Origin: Rhizobiaceae bacterium | GTDB lineage: Bacteria > Pseudomonadota > Alphaproteobacteria > Rhizobiales > Rhizobiaceae | Length of the DNA stretch: 64,000 bases | Direction of reading: 5' to 3' | NCBI GenBank assembly: GCA_029212415.1 | Contig: JARGOF010000008.1 | Location: 87,521 to 151,520 of the forward strand | Shown here: positions 1 to 10,565 of the stretch, piece by piece | How the letters are laid out: each line of letters opens with the position of its first letter | How positions within the stretch are numbered: the stretch's first letter is position 1 | Position numbers and translations under genes: made by a program | Notes under the pieces: model-generated | What the model was told of the DNA's origin: nothing | The model's input: only the letters and a program-made list of their open reading frames with translations | Database searches by the model: none

Positions 1-77
1 AAGCGTTCTGCGGCTGATTCCATCGGTTTGCCGTCCCGGATCTTGTCCGCCATCTGGAGCATGTTCATCGCATCCAT
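1..77 (-). CDS. N-terminus of an unidentified gene running off the window edge
   Basis: Open frame MDAMNMLQMADKIRDGKPMESAAER from ATG at 77 with AGG just upstream, divergent from the MFS gene; family not recognised. Confidence 0.3.
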   Translation of the reverse strand, partial: MDAMNMLQMADKIRDGKPMESAAER

Positions 78-446
78 CCTGTATGCCTATAGCGTTGCTC
101 TGGCCCGGGTTCTCAATCCATGCTTTTGCTCAATGTGAGCATAAGGCGACCAAAATGAAATCCGGAAAAGCCGGACTGAGTTTTACTTAAGGCGCTTGAA
201 GGCCGATTGCAAGTGGGCCGGGTTCACAGTATCCCTCCATTGATGGCGCATGCTGCAACGTGTCACACCGAACATTGGCGTTGAAAAGCATCAATGTTCG
301 TGATGGCTTGGTCAAAATTGCTGTTTTGACAAAGCCTGCAATTGGTATCTATTAATTCGCAACCACATTCGTCATTTTTTGATCATTTCACCTATTGAAT
401 GTGGACGTATCATTCAGCGCCGTCCGTCCGGCACCAAGGAAGCCCC

Positions 447-1691
447 ATGCCCAACGCCGCAGCAAAAGCCGCCAACAATTCGCCTGCAGCCTTTCCATGG
501 GTCATCATTGTCGCCGGGTGCCTTGTCGCAGCCATGACTTTCGGCCCCCGCTCCGCCATGGGATTTTTTCAACTGCCCATGCTGGCCGATCTTGGATGGG
601 ACCGGACAACCTTCGCCATGGCCATGGCGTTGCAGAACCTGTGCTGGGGGCTGGGACAGCCGGTTTTTGGAGCCATCGCTGATCGCTACGGCTCGTGGCG
701 CGTGTTGTTTTTATCGGCAATTCTTTATGCAGGCGGTCTCACCATGATGGCCGTTGCAGACGCTCCGGTCTGGCTCTATGTCGGTGGCGGCGTGCTGATC
801 GGTCTGGCTGTCGCAGCCGGATCATTCGGCATTATTCTGGCGGCCTTTGCCCGCAATGTGGCGCCTGAAAAACGGTCTTTCGCCTTTGGCCTTGGCACTG
901 CAGCCGGATCTGCCGGCATGTTCCTGTTCGCCCCGATTACCCAGGGTCTGATCGAGACGGTCGGCTGGTCGGACACCCTGATCTATCTGGCTATTGCCAT
1001 GTTGACTGTTCCCGTTCTGGCGATTGCGCTTCGCGGCAATGCATCTTCCGGCTCACAAGCTCCCGATGCCTTCGCCCAGACAGCCCGGCAGGCCCTGCGC
1101 GAAGCGATAGGCCATCAAAGCTATCTTCTGCTGACGGCGGGTTTTTTCGTTTGCGGATTTCAGGTGGCCTTCATCACCGCTCACTTTCCTGCCTATCTGG
1201 GGGATATCGGCATCGACGCCAGCTATGCGGTTCTGGCCATAGCCCTGATTGGATTTTTCAACATTTTCGGGTCCCTGGCCTCAGGCATACTTGGCCAGAA
1301 TCACTCCAAGCCCATGCTGTTGATTGCACTCTATGTCAGTCGCTCCATCGCCGTGACGCTGTTCCTTCTGCTGCCCCAGACAGGCACATCCGTCATCGTG
1401 TTTTCCATTGTCATGGGTTTGCTCTGGCTGTCGACCGTCCCGCTGACCAATGGTCTCGTTGCGATCATGTTCGGAACCCGTCATCTGGGTATGCTGGGCG
1501 GCATTGTTTTTCTTTCCCACCAGACCGGTTCATTCCTCGGGGTCTGGCTGGGCGGGGCCTTTTATGACCGTTTTGGTTCCTACGATCCGGTCTGGTGGCT
1601 CAGCGTGGCGCTTGGCCTGTTTGCCGCGCTCATTCACTGGCCCATCCGCGAAAAGGCGGTCGCGCGCAACCTTGCTGCCGGGGCTGCATAG
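447..1691 (+). CDS. MFS transporter
   Basis: About 12 hydrophobic segments, motif A-like GAIADRYGSW; ATG 447 preceded by AAGGA. Confidence 0.9.
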   Translation: MPNAAAKAANNSPAAFPWVIIVAGCLVAAMTFGPRSAMGFFQLPMLADLGWDRTTFAMAMALQNLCWGLGQPVFGAIADRYGSWRVLFLSAILYAGGLTMMAVADAPVWLYVGGGVLIGLAVAAGSFGIILAAFARNVAPEKRSFAFGLGTAAGSAGMFLFAPITQGLIETVGWSDTLIYLAIAMLTVPVLAIALRGNASSGSQAPDAFAQTARQALREAIGHQSYLLLTAGFFVCGFQVAFITAHFPAYLGDIGIDASYAVLAIALIGFFNIFGSLASGILGQNHSKPMLLIALYVSRSIAVTLFLLLPQTGTSVIVFSIVMGLLWLSTVPLTNGLVAIMFGTRHLGMLGGIVFLSHQTGSFLGVWLGGAFYDRFGSYDPVWWLSVALGLFAALIHWPIREKAVARNLAAGAA

Positions 1692-1723
1692 AGCGTTTCA
1701 TGATCAAATAGCAAGATGGGTGA

Positions 1724-2464
1724 TCATTGCGCTGTGGCCGCAAGTGCTTTCAGGCAGGCCTGGACAAAACCGGATCGTGTGTCCGGCGCGTCCAGCCCGC
1801 GCGGTTCATAAACGTGGCGCTGAAGAAAATATCCGGTGAGGCGAAAAGCATCGGCCAGACTTTCCTGGTCAGCAGACAGGTTGCTGCCACGCTCCAGAAA
1901 TGCCGGTAGTGCCAGCATCTTGTCGGCCCAGGGCAGACCGGCCTCATGACTGACGGCACGTCCGGTTTTGGGCGAAACGAAGCGCAATCTCTCAGTCGTG
2001 CCGGTTGCCGCGCATTGGTTCAAATCGAGCCCGAAACCCAGGTCTTCCAGCATGGCAAGTTCAAAACGGATAAACAGTTCCCCGGCGCTGGCCGGGTGAT
2101 GCAGGTTCTCCAGAATGATTCCCAGCGTCTCATACAGGTGCGGATGCGGGTCGCGCTCCGGCAACAGGCGCAGAAGCGCCGCCATTGCCTGCACCCCATA
2201 GACCGCCATGGCGGTCTCCATCAGCCGTGCGGCGCGCAATTGGGTCGGTTCGATCTGATAGATGCCCAGATGCTGATCAAGGCGGGCGCGCCAGACCAGT
2301 GACACGCTGTTTCCCGGCTGCAGTACGGGTTGCATGCGCCGGGAACGTCCGCCACGCACAAGGCCCAGATGACGACCACGTTGCTGTGTCATGATCTCGG
2401 CGATAACGCTGGTCTCTCCGTGTCGTCGAACACCGAGAACTATGCCTTCATCCTGCCATTCCAT
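1724..2464 (-). CDS. recO: DNA repair protein RecO
   Basis: [18 protein letters not shown]-terminus, CAATG and [10 protein letters not shown] motifs; follows era. Confidence 0.97.
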   Translation of the reverse strand: MEWQDEGIVLGVRRHGETSVIAEIMTQQRGRHLGLVRGGRSRRMQPVLQPGNSVSLVWRARLDQHLGIYQIEPTQLRAARLMETAMAVYGVQAMAALLRLLPERDPHPHLYETLGIILENLHHPASAGELFIRFELAMLEDLGFGLDLNQCAATGTTERLRFVSPKTGRAVSHEAGLPWADKMLALPAFLERGSNLSADQESLADAFRLTGYFLQRHVYEPRGLDAPDTRSGFVQACLKALAATAQ

Positions 2465-2482
2465 GCTGTGAAATTGCGCCTG

Positions 2483-3442
2483 TCAGGTGGGAAATTCAAG
2501 CCCGATCTCGCGATAGCGCTCCGGGTCATTGCCCCAATTGCTGCGCACCTTGACGAACAGGAACAAATGCACCGTTTGGCCCAGGATCTCGGCAATCTCC
2601 TTGCGCGATCCCTGGCTGATGTGCTTGATGGTTTCGCCGTTCTTGCCAAGCAATATCTTCTTGTGACCATCACGCTCGACATAAATGACCTGTTCGATCC
2701 TGACACTGCCGTCCTTGCGCTCTTCCCATTTTTCTGTCTCCACATGGGAAGCATAGGGCAATTCCTGATGCAGCCGCAAATAGAGTTTTTCACGGGTAAT
2801 TTCGGCGGAAAGCTGACGCATCGGCAGGTCCGAAATCTGATCCTCCGGATAGTACCAGGGACCCTCAGGCAGGGTTTTGGCAAGATAATCCAGCAGGTCC
2901 TTGCAACCGGCGCCCTTGAGCGCCGAAATCATGAACGTTTCGTCAAATGGGCAAATTTCATTGGCTTTTGCCGCCAGGGCCAGCAGCGCCTCATGTCTTA
3001 CCCGGTCGATCTTGTTGAGCAACAGGACCTTGGGTCGCTTCACGTCGGCCAGGCTCTCCAGAATGTTCAGCGTGTCGCCGACCAATCCGCGTTCCGCGTC
3101 AACAAGAAGAAAAATGATATCCGCATCATGCGCATTGCCCCAGGCCGATGTCACCATGGCGCGATCCAGCCTGCGCCGCGTTTTGAAAATGCCCGGCGTG
3201 TCGATGAAAACAATCTGCGCATTGTTGTGCATGACAATGCCGCGCACAATGGATCGCGTCGTCTGCACCTTGTGACTGACGATGGAAACTTTCACTCCAA
3301 CGAGTTTGTTGAGCAGCGTTGATTTGCCGGCATTGGGCGCACCGATCAGCGCCACAAACCCGGAATGGGTCGGGCCTGCGGCTGCTTCGCCAGTATCGAC
3401 TACTTTTTCAGTCTCTACGTCTTTTCCAGTCTCTTCAGTCAT
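2483..3442 (-). CDS. era: GTPase Era
   Basis: GAPNAGKSTL, VSHKVQTTR, DTPG, NKID and KH domain; start at 3442 overlaps the rnc stop (ATGA). Confidence 0.98.
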   Translation of the reverse strand: MTEETGKDVETEKVVDTGEAAAGPTHSGFVALIGAPNAGKSTLLNKLVGVKVSIVSHKVQTTRSIVRGIVMHNNAQIVFIDTPGIFKTRRRLDRAMVTSAWGNAHDADIIFLLVDAERGLVGDTLNILESLADVKRPKVLLLNKIDRVRHEALLALAAKANEICPFDETFMISALKGAGCKDLLDYLAKTLPEGPWYYPEDQISDLPMRQLSAEITREKLYLRLHQELPYASHVETEKWEERKDGSVRIEQVIYVERDGHKKILLGKNGETIKHISQGSRKEIAEILGQTVHLFLFVKVRSNWGNDPERYREIGLEFPT

Positions 3443-4146
3443 GATGAGCTCCAAATATTTTCCCGTTCCAGCAGCCTTGTAGCCGCGTCCTGTTCGGCGG
3501 CGCGGCGGGAACGGCCGGTTCCGGTTTCAACTGCAAGCCCTTTGACAACGACACTGACGGTAAACATCGGTTCGTGATCGGGGCCTTCGCGTTCGACAAT
3601 CTTGTAATCAGGCGCTTCACCCGTCTGGCTGTGCGCCCATTCCTGCAACTCGGTCTTGGCATCACGCCGGGCATAGGCCGAATCTCTGGCCCTCGCCTCC
3701 CAATGACGCAAGACAAAGGCCCGCGCGGCTTCCAGCCCGGCATCCAGATAGATTGCCGCGATCAATGATTCCATCACGTCAGCACGGACATTCGCCATCC
3801 GCTTGCCGGTCAGGCTTTTGATGTCGGTGCCGGTCCGGATGAAGTGATGCAACTCAATTTCGTCGGCGATGGCTGCGCAGGTCTCGGCGCTGACAAGCTG
3901 GTTCAGACGAACAGAAAGCTCGCCCTCCTTTGCCAATGGAAACAGCTGAAAGAGCACTTCAGCAATCACCAGCCCCAGAACGCGATCACCCAGAAATTCG
4001 AGTCTTTCGTAATTGCCCTGCCCGGTGGTGCGGGCACTGGAATGGGTTAATGCCCGTTCCAGTCGCGATGCATTGTCGAATGTGTGCCCCAGAACCTTGG
4101 ACAGCCGTTTAAGATCGGGCTTCGACAGCGCAGTTTTCTGCTTCAT
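3439..4146 (-). CDS. rnc: Ribonuclease III
   Basis: NYERLEFLGDRVLGL signature and C-terminal dsRBD. Confidence 0.98.
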   Translation of the reverse strand: MKQKTALSKPDLKRLSKVLGHTFDNASRLERALTHSSARTTGQGNYERLEFLGDRVLGLVIAEVLFQLFPLAKEGELSVRLNQLVSAETCAAIADEIELHHFIRTGTDIKSLTGKRMANVRADVMESLIAAIYLDAGLEAARAFVLRHWEARARDSAYARRDAKTELQEWAHSQTGEAPDYKIVEREGPDHEPMFTVSVVVKGLAVETGTGRSRRAAEQDAATRLLERENIWSSS

Positions 4147-4886
4147 TCGGTCTTCTCGAACAGACGGTCAAAGCGCATATGGGCTGGCCATTTCCAGATT
4201 TCCAAAGGCGAAGAATCGCCACCGATGGAAAAGAATATCATTTCCGCGCGACCGACGAAATTTTCCAGCGGCACGAAGCCGACGTCAAACCGGCTGTCAG
4301 CGGAATTGTCGCGGTTGTCGCCCATCATGAAATAGTGGCCGGCAGGCACCACAAATTCGCGGGTGTTGTCACCCACAGCGTTGGGGATCAGATCCAGAGT
4401 GTCAAAGGAAACGCCATTGGGCAAGGTTTCAACGTAAACAGGTGTTTCCGAACCGGTATCGTAACTGTCGTCGGGTCGGAAACTGCCATCACGCACGCGC
4501 TTGACCGGAACACCATTGATATGGAGTACGCTATCGATCATCTGCATGCGGTCACCGGGCAATCCGGTTACGCGTTTGATGTAATCGATCTTCGGGTCCC
4601 GCGGCAGGCGGAAGACAGCAATGTCGCCGCGCTTCGGCTCACTGCCCCAGATACGGCCGGAAAACAGATTTGGCGAAAAGGGGAAGGAATAGCGCGAATA
4701 GCCATAGGCGTATTTGGAGACGAACAGATAGTCGCCGACCAGAAGCGTGGGCATCATCGAACCTGAGGGAATAGAAAATGGTTGAAACAGAAAACTGCGA
4801 ATGACCAAGGCCAGAAGCAGCGCCTGTATAATGACCTTAACGGTTTCCCCGAAGGTCGATTCCTTTTTTTCTACCTTGTCAGACAC
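4143..4886 (-). CDS. lepB: Signal peptidase I
   Basis: IPSGSMMPTL, YIKRV, GDNRDNSADSR; GTG start at 4886 after AGGAAGG. Confidence 0.97.
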   Translation of the reverse strand: MSDKVEKKESTFGETVKVIIQALLLALVIRSFLFQPFSIPSGSMMPTLLVGDYLFVSKYAYGYSRYSFPFSPNLFSGRIWGSEPKRGDIAVFRLPRDPKIDYIKRVTGLPGDRMQMIDSVLHINGVPVKRVRDGSFRPDDSYDTGSETPVYVETLPNGVSFDTLDLIPNAVGDNTREFVVPAGHYFMMGDNRDNSADSRFDVGFVPLENFVGRAEMIFFSIGGDSSPLEIWKWPAHMRFDRLFEKTE

Positions 4887-5094
4887 GTTTGTGGACCTTC
4901 CTGGCTGGATTATCAGCATGTTTACTAGAGCGATGCCGGGACAATGTAAATGGACAGCGCGCAACTGTGCATGTCCAGTTTCTGCGGCTCTTTAACACAG
5001 CCCCGGGCGTTCGCGAAACCATGTCCAGATTCAATTGATTGAATGCATGTGATCGGCCTCCGTCAGGACAGGCCGTCGCGCGACGCTTTCGCGT

Positions 5095-5676
5095 TCAAAC
5101 CGTCTGCTCACCACGCAAATTTGCATTGACGTCACGCTTTTTTCTCAGGCGACGTTTGCGCTGTTTCTGGAAGGTCAGCACGCTGACGTAGGTCAAAACA
5201 TAAAACAGCAGGCCGAAGGCCAGAGCAAATGGCAAACAGCCGATCAGCATCGGTTTGAGAACCGGCCCCCATAGTTGATGCACATCAAGATGGCGAAACA
5301 ATTGCCCCAGATGAATTCCCGGTACCGAATCGTCAAAGCGTCCGTTTAGAAAATGTCTGCCGAGTTGGTAGCTGCCCGTCCATATGAAGGGGAATGTCAG
5401 CGGGTTACCAAAAGCAGTTCCAAGTGCAGACGCGAGGATATTTCCCGCCATCAGATAGGCCAGTGCCGCAGCAATGAAGAAGTGAAAACCGATGAAGGGT
5501 GTCCAGGAGGCGATTACACCTGCCGCCACCCCGGCAGCAATCGCATGAGGCGTGGCTGTCAGACGCAGGATACGTTTGCCGAAATATTGAAATGAACGCG
5601 CAAAGGACCGTCGCGGCCAGATAAATATCCGCATTTTTTCAATGGCCCCAGCGGGGTTACGGCGGCGAAACAACAT
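5095..5676 (-). CDS. DUF2062 family membrane protein
   Basis: ATPHAIAAG, TPFIGFH, GNPLTFP motifs; usual neighbour of rsh in Rhizobiales. Confidence 0.85.
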   Translation of the reverse strand: MLFRRRNPAGAIEKMRIFIWPRRSFARSFQYFGKRILRLTATPHAIAAGVAAGVIASWTPFIGFHFFIAAALAYLMAGNILASALGTAFGNPLTFPFIWTGSYQLGRHFLNGRFDDSVPGIHLGQLFRHLDVHQLWGPVLKPMLIGCLPFALAFGLLFYVLTYVSVLTFQKQRKRRLRKKRDVNANLRGEQTV

Positions 5677-5832
5677 TCCTCGTCTTCAACCTTTCTGACG
5701 CTTTACAGGAAGCTACCATATCCTAACAAGTTTACAGTTTTCCTTACAAACGGGGTGATTTGATGGCCTTTCCGGCACCCCATATTTTTCATGAGAAAAT
5801 TCGCTTCTTCAGGCGTTTTCTGTTTCACATGT

Positions 5833-8064
5833 CTATTCATACAAGCGCGCTACGGTGCTGATACAGGAAAGACCTTTCAAGCTTGTGACGAGTTTGTTGA
5901 GATGTTTAAGGTCCCAAACCTCAAGGTCAACATTCATTTCCGTAAAATCGTCGGCAACCCGCACCATTGTCAGTGTCCGGATATTGCTGTCACTGGCCGC
6001 TATCGTCTGCGCCACTTCCGCCAGAGTGCCCGGTTCATTGATGGCATTCATCGAAATGCGCGAGTGAAATCGCTTGCTGCCAGCCTCGTCCATATCCCAG
6101 CGCACGTCGATCCAGCGGTCTGGTTCGTCATCATATTTGGTCAGCATCGGCGACTGGATCGGATAGATTGTGATGCCTTTACCCGGCTCCATGATGCCGA
6201 TGATACGGTCTCCGGGCACAGCGCCCGCTGCACCGAAAGAAACGGAAACATCGCTTGCCGCACCACGGATCGGCAAGGCATCGGCAGCATTCGCCGCCTT
6301 TTTGTCACGCCGTGATTTGGAGGCCTTGGAGCGACCGGGAATTCGGAAGATCATTCCGGCTGCACTGCGCAGATTGAACCAGCCCTCATCCGATGTCGAT
6401 TGCTTCACCGGCACGCGATCGTGCTGATGGTCCGGATGGATTGCGATCAAAACATCCTTGGACGCCAATTCTCCACGTCCGACAGCGGCAATGGCGTCTT
6501 CGACCTCCTTGAAGCCCAGCCTATGCAGCACGGGGCCCAGCTGATCGCGTGAAAAACTCTTGCCTGCCCGGTTGAACGCGCGCTCCAAAATGCGATAGCC
6601 CAGACCGGAATATTGTTTGCGCACGGCGGCCCTGGTTGCCCTGCGGATTGCAGCCCTGGCCTTGCCGGTCACAACAATCTCTTCCCAGGCAGGCGGCGGA
6701 ACCTGAACGCCGGAGCGGATGATTTCCACCTCGTCACCATTGCTCAACTGGGTGACCAGCGGCATGATCCGACCATTGATCTTGGTGCCGACACAGGTAT
6801 CGCCGATATCGGTGTGGACCGCATAGGCAAAATCGATCGGCGTGGCACCACGCGGCAGGGCAATCAGCTGCCCCTTGGGCGTAAAGCAGAAAACCTGATC
6901 ATGAAACAATTCAAGCTTGGTATGTTCGAGAAATTCTTCCGGATTATCACCAATCGACAATTGTTCGATGGTTCTGCGCAACCATGAATAGGCATTGGAA
7001 TCCTGCGGCAAAATTCCACTGTCCGACCCATCTGCATCCTTGTAAACCGCATGGGCTGCGACACCATATTCGGCGATTTCATGCATGCGGACCGTACGTA
7101 TCTGAAGCTCGACGCGTTGCCGTGACGGGCCAATGATCGTGGTATGAATGGATCGGTAGTCATTTTGCTTGGGGGTTGAGATGTAATCCTTGAAACGCCC
7201 GGGCACCACAGACCAGCGGGTGTGGACAATTCCCAGCGCCCGATAGCAGTCCTCAATACTGTTGACGACGATTCTGAAGCCGTAAATATCAGACAATTGT
7301 TCAAACGACAGTGATTTCGACTGCATTTTCTTGAAGACCGAATAGGGCTTTTTCTGCCGACCGGTCACCGTCGCCCTCAGGCCCTGCTCTTCGAAAAGCG
7401 CCTCCAGCTCGATTTCAATCTTGCGGATGAGGCCGCTGTTTTTCTCCGACAGTTCAAGCAGCCGTTTCGTCACGGTTTCATAGGCGTCGGCATTGAGATG
7501 CTGAAAGGACAATTCTTCCAGTTCATCCCGCATGTCCTGCATTCCCATGCGGCCAGCCAGTGGCGCATAGATATCCATCGTCTCTTCCGCGATGCGGGCT
7601 CGTTTTTCCGGGGGAACGAAGACCAATGTGCGCATGTTGTGCAACCGGTCAGCAAGCTTGACCAGCAACACGCGCACATCATCGGAAATCGCCAGCAGCA
7701 GCTTGCGCAGGTTTTCGGCCTGCTTTGCCCGCTTGGAAACAAGGTCGAGCTTACTGATCTTGGTCAATCCTTCGACCAGCGTGCCTATATCTTCGCCAAA
7801 CAGTTCGTCGATTTCATCGCGCGTTGCTGTCGTGTCTTCAATGGTATCGTGCAACAGCGCGACCGCAATCGTCGCTTCATCCAGGTGCATTTCGGTCAAT
7901 ATGGCCGCGACTTCCAGCGGATGGGAGATATAGGGATCACCATTCGCGCGCGTCTGCTTGCCATGCTTCTGCATGGCGTAGACATAAGCCTTGTTGAGGA
8001 GGGCTTCGTTGACGTCCGGCTTGTACTGGTGCACGCGCTCTACGAGCTCGTACTGACGCATCAT
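5833..8064 (-). CDS. relA: Bifunctional (p)ppGpp synthetase/hydrolase Rsh (RelA/SpoT)
   Basis: HD hydrolase LLHDTIED, synthetase region, TGS (FAYAVHT) and ACT domains. Confidence 0.98.
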   Translation of the reverse strand: MMRQYELVERVHQYKPDVNEALLNKAYVYAMQKHGKQTRANGDPYISHPLEVAAILTEMHLDEATIAVALLHDTIEDTTATRDEIDELFGEDIGTLVEGLTKISKLDLVSKRAKQAENLRKLLLAISDDVRVLLVKLADRLHNMRTLVFVPPEKRARIAEETMDIYAPLAGRMGMQDMRDELEELSFQHLNADAYETVTKRLLELSEKNSGLIRKIEIELEALFEEQGLRATVTGRQKKPYSVFKKMQSKSLSFEQLSDIYGFRIVVNSIEDCYRALGIVHTRWSVVPGRFKDYISTPKQNDYRSIHTTIIGPSRQRVELQIRTVRMHEIAEYGVAAHAVYKDADGSDSGILPQDSNAYSWLRRTIEQLSIGDNPEEFLEHTKLELFHDQVFCFTPKGQLIALPRGATPIDFAYAVHTDIGDTCVGTKINGRIMPLVTQLSNGDEVEIIRSGVQVPPPAWEEIVVTGKARAAIRRATRAAVRKQYSGLGYRILERAFNRAGKSFSRDQLGPVLHRLGFKEVEDAIAAVGRGELASKDVLIAIHPDHQHDRVPVKQSTSDEGWFNLRSAAGMIFRIPGRSKASKSRRDKKAANAADALPIRGAASDVSVSFGAAGAVPGDRIIGIMEPGKGITIYPIQSPMLTKYDDEPDRWIDVRWDMDEAGSKRFHSRISMNAINEPGTLAEVAQTIAASDSNIRTLTMVRVADDFTEMNVDLEVWDLKHLNKLVTSLKGLSCISTVARLYE

Positions 8065-8139
8065 GTGGTGATCACTCCTTTAGAGGCTTTTGAGAAATGT
8101 GCACGGACTTGATTACTATCTGGTTATGCTTGCGTGGTC

Positions 8140-8181
8140 TTCAAAATAAAAATGCGCCGTATCGATCGACACGGCGCATTT
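8140..8181 (-). terminator. Intrinsic terminator after rpoZ
   Basis: Perfect 11-bp arms AAATGCGCCGT (8150-8160) and ACGGCGCATTT (8171-8181), T-rich tail on the minus strand. Confidence 0.75.
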
Positions 8182-8208
8182 CAAAACAGAAGAACTCAAA
8201 CTTTGAGT

Positions 8209-8625
8209 TCAATAATCGTCGCTCTTTTCCGGCGGAACCAGACCTTCAATCCCGGCCAGCAGATCATCCTCGGACATACGGTCAAAGGTAACAACCTCTT
8301 CTTCCGCATCGGACGCTGCTTCACCAGAAAGCTCAATCGTTGTTTCCGACTGCTCAACCACAAGCAAGGATGCTGGATCGGGTTCCGGCTCATCAACTTC
8401 CACATGTTTCTGCAGGGAGTGAATGAGGTCTTCCTTCAGATCTCCTGGCGACAAGGTCTCGTCGGCGATTTCGCGCAGAGCAACAACAGGGTTTTTGTCA
8501 TTATCACGATCAACGGTGATCATCGCTCCCTGCGAAACCTGTCGAGCCCGATGGCTCGCCAGCAATACCAAATCAAATCGATTGTCGACCTTGTCGATGC
8601 AATCTTCGACTGTGACACGGGCCAT
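8209..8625 (-). CDS. rpoZ: RNA polymerase omega subunit
   Basis: [28 protein letters not shown]. Confidence 0.98.
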   Translation of the reverse strand: MARVTVEDCIDKVDNRFDLVLLASHRARQVSQGAMITVDRDNDKNPVVALREIADETLSPGDLKEDLIHSLQKHVEVDEPEPDPASLLVVEQSETTIELSGEAASDAEEEVVTFDRMSEDDLLAGIEGLVPPEKSDDY

Positions 8626-9078
8626 TGCCTGTCCTTTATTTTTAAAAAAATTGAGAGGTTGCCCTGCCGATACCCTTAATAGTAAAAAAATTCAAGCTTA
8701 TTGCGCCAGATTTATAAGATTCAATGGCACCGACATGACACCAGAGCGCTTGATGACTGCCATAATACCGGCGAAAAGACCGCCTCGGAGACATCGCCCA
8801 TATTTGTCATGCGACACACAGGACGCTGTCAGCAGGCGCGCCAGAGTTGCGACAAAAGCGCAAAATTCAACTTGATTACCAAGTCACGGACTTAAAATGT
8901 AATTTATTATTTACATATACAACCACCTCTATTCGTTGAACGGAATAGAATTGTTTACATTTGGATTTTATGCAATATAAGCGCACCATTCTGCAATATT
9001 TCGAATGGCGCAAGAATTCACATTTCAAATAACGCCGATATTTTACGGCCACCCAATTCAAAAGGCACAGAGGAATTA

Positions 9079-9669
9079 ATGTTCGATCAGAGAGAAAAAA
9101 TATCCTTGTTCATTGATGGCGCGAATCTTTTTGCAGCCTCGAAAAGTCTTGGTTTCGATATTGATTACAGAAAATTGCTCAGCGCATTCCACAGTCGTGG
9201 ATATCTGCTGCGGGCCTACTACTACACGGCGATCATTGAGGATCAGGAATACTCGTCCATCCGCCCACTGATCGATTGGCTCGATTACAATGGATACCAT
9301 GTGGTCACGAAACCCGCCAAGGAATTCACCGATTCCAGCGGACGTCGCAAGATCAAGGGCAATATGGATATTGAACTTGCCGTCGATGCAATGGAACAGG
9401 CCAAGACGGTTGATCATCTGGTGATTTTTTCCGGTGACGGTGACTTTTCCAGTCTCGTCGCAGCGCTGCAGCGACAGGGCAGGAAAGTAACGATTGTTTC
9501 CACCCTGGCAACACAGCCTGCAATGATTGCTGACAGTCTGCGCCGCCAGGCTGATCAATTCATCGACCTGGTATCGTTGAAATCAGAGATTGGCCGCGCC
9601 GAGTCCGAAAGGCCTGTGCGTCGTCCTGCAGAAGAATTTGTCGAAGAAGAAGACGAACAGGATGACTAG
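9079..9669 (+). CDS. NYN domain (LabA/DUF88) protein
   Basis: FIDGANL, KGNMDIELAVD, FSGDGDF. Confidence 0.93.
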   Translation: MFDQREKISLFIDGANLFAASKSLGFDIDYRKLLSAFHSRGYLLRAYYYTAIIEDQEYSSIRPLIDWLDYNGYHVVTKPAKEFTDSSGRRKIKGNMDIELAVDAMEQAKTVDHLVIFSGDGDFSSLVAALQRQGRKVTIVSTLATQPAMIADSLRRQADQFIDLVSLKSEIGRAESERPVRRPAEEFVEEEDEQDD

Positions 9670-9858
9670 CATCATTCAATCGCTGCAATTGGTGCAGTGA
9701 AACGCTTTCAGTTTGTAAAGTTTCCAGTCAGGATCTGTCGCGCCCGCATGTCAAAGCGCTTCAGGGCCTGACCGATTGTGTTTTGGTCCTGTTGCGCCTG
9801 TGACATCAAGTTCCGGATGATGAGCACCTGCTGATTTTCTTTGTGATCAAATTGGTCT

Positions 9859-10524
9859 ATGTCGGACAGTATGAGCGACATTATCGATCCAGATTCAGAA
9901 TGTTCACTGTGCCCGCGATTGCATGGCTTCATTGCCGAGCAGCGACGGGCCCATCCCGACTGGTATAATGCGCCGGTCCGCACCTTTTATCCCCTCGCAG
10001 GCCCTTCCGGCGTGCAATTGCTGATTGTCGGGCTGGCACCAGGTCTGCGGGGCGCCAACAAAACCGGCCGTCCCTTTACCGGTGATTATGCCGGCGACCT
10101 TCTCTATGGCACGCTTTCGCGGTTTGGATTTTCCAAAGGCACGTTTGATGCCCGCCCCGATGACGGCTTGGAACTGATCGATACGGCCATCACCAATGCC
10201 GTGCGATGCGTACCACCGGAAAACAAACCCGTGGCCACTGAAATCAATACCTGTCGCCAGTTCCTGACCGCTTCACTGGCGGCGATGGGTGAACTCAAAG
10301 CCATCATCACGCTGGGAAAAATTGCTCATGACTCGACGATCCGAACATTGGGCGGGCGTGTCGCAGCCCATCCCTTTCGTCACAATGGTCAGTCGGAACT
10401 GGCGGGTTTCACGGTCTTTTCGAGCTACCATTGTTCCCGCTACAATACCAATACAGGCAGACTGACCGAACAAATGTTTGCTGATGTATTTGCAAATGCG
10501 GCCGCGTTTCTGGGCAAAGCCTGA
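9859..10524 (+). CDS. Uracil-DNA glycosylase, family 5 (UdgB-like)
   Basis: CSLCPRL, GLAPG..GAN.TGRPFTGD, VRCVPPENKP, YHCSRYN; start may be 9871. Confidence 0.9.
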   Translation: MSDSMSDIIDPDSECSLCPRLHGFIAEQRRAHPDWYNAPVRTFYPLAGPSGVQLLIVGLAPGLRGANKTGRPFTGDYAGDLLYGTLSRFGFSKGTFDARPDDGLELIDTAITNAVRCVPPENKPVATEINTCRQFLTASLAAMGELKAIITLGKIAHDSTIRTLGGRVAAHPFRHNGQSELAGFTVFSSYHCSRYNTNTGRLTEQMFADVFANAAAFLGKA

Positions 10525-10550
10525 TCCAGACTGCCGATGGCTGGATCAGG
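10520..10550. terminator. Hairpin between convergent UDG and smpB
   Basis: Perfect 10-bp arms CCTGATCCAG / CTGGATCAGG. Confidence 0.6.
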
Positions 10551-10565
10551 AAAAACAGGGCAAGC

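Noticed and set aside
8725-8739. TGGCAC-N5-TGAC as a sigma54 promoter
   Set aside because: The -12 GC is missing
9708-9983. Minus-strand small ORF between NYN and UDG
   Set aside because: Overlaps the UDG start, runs against both neighbours and has no recognisable motif; such a frame can arise by chance
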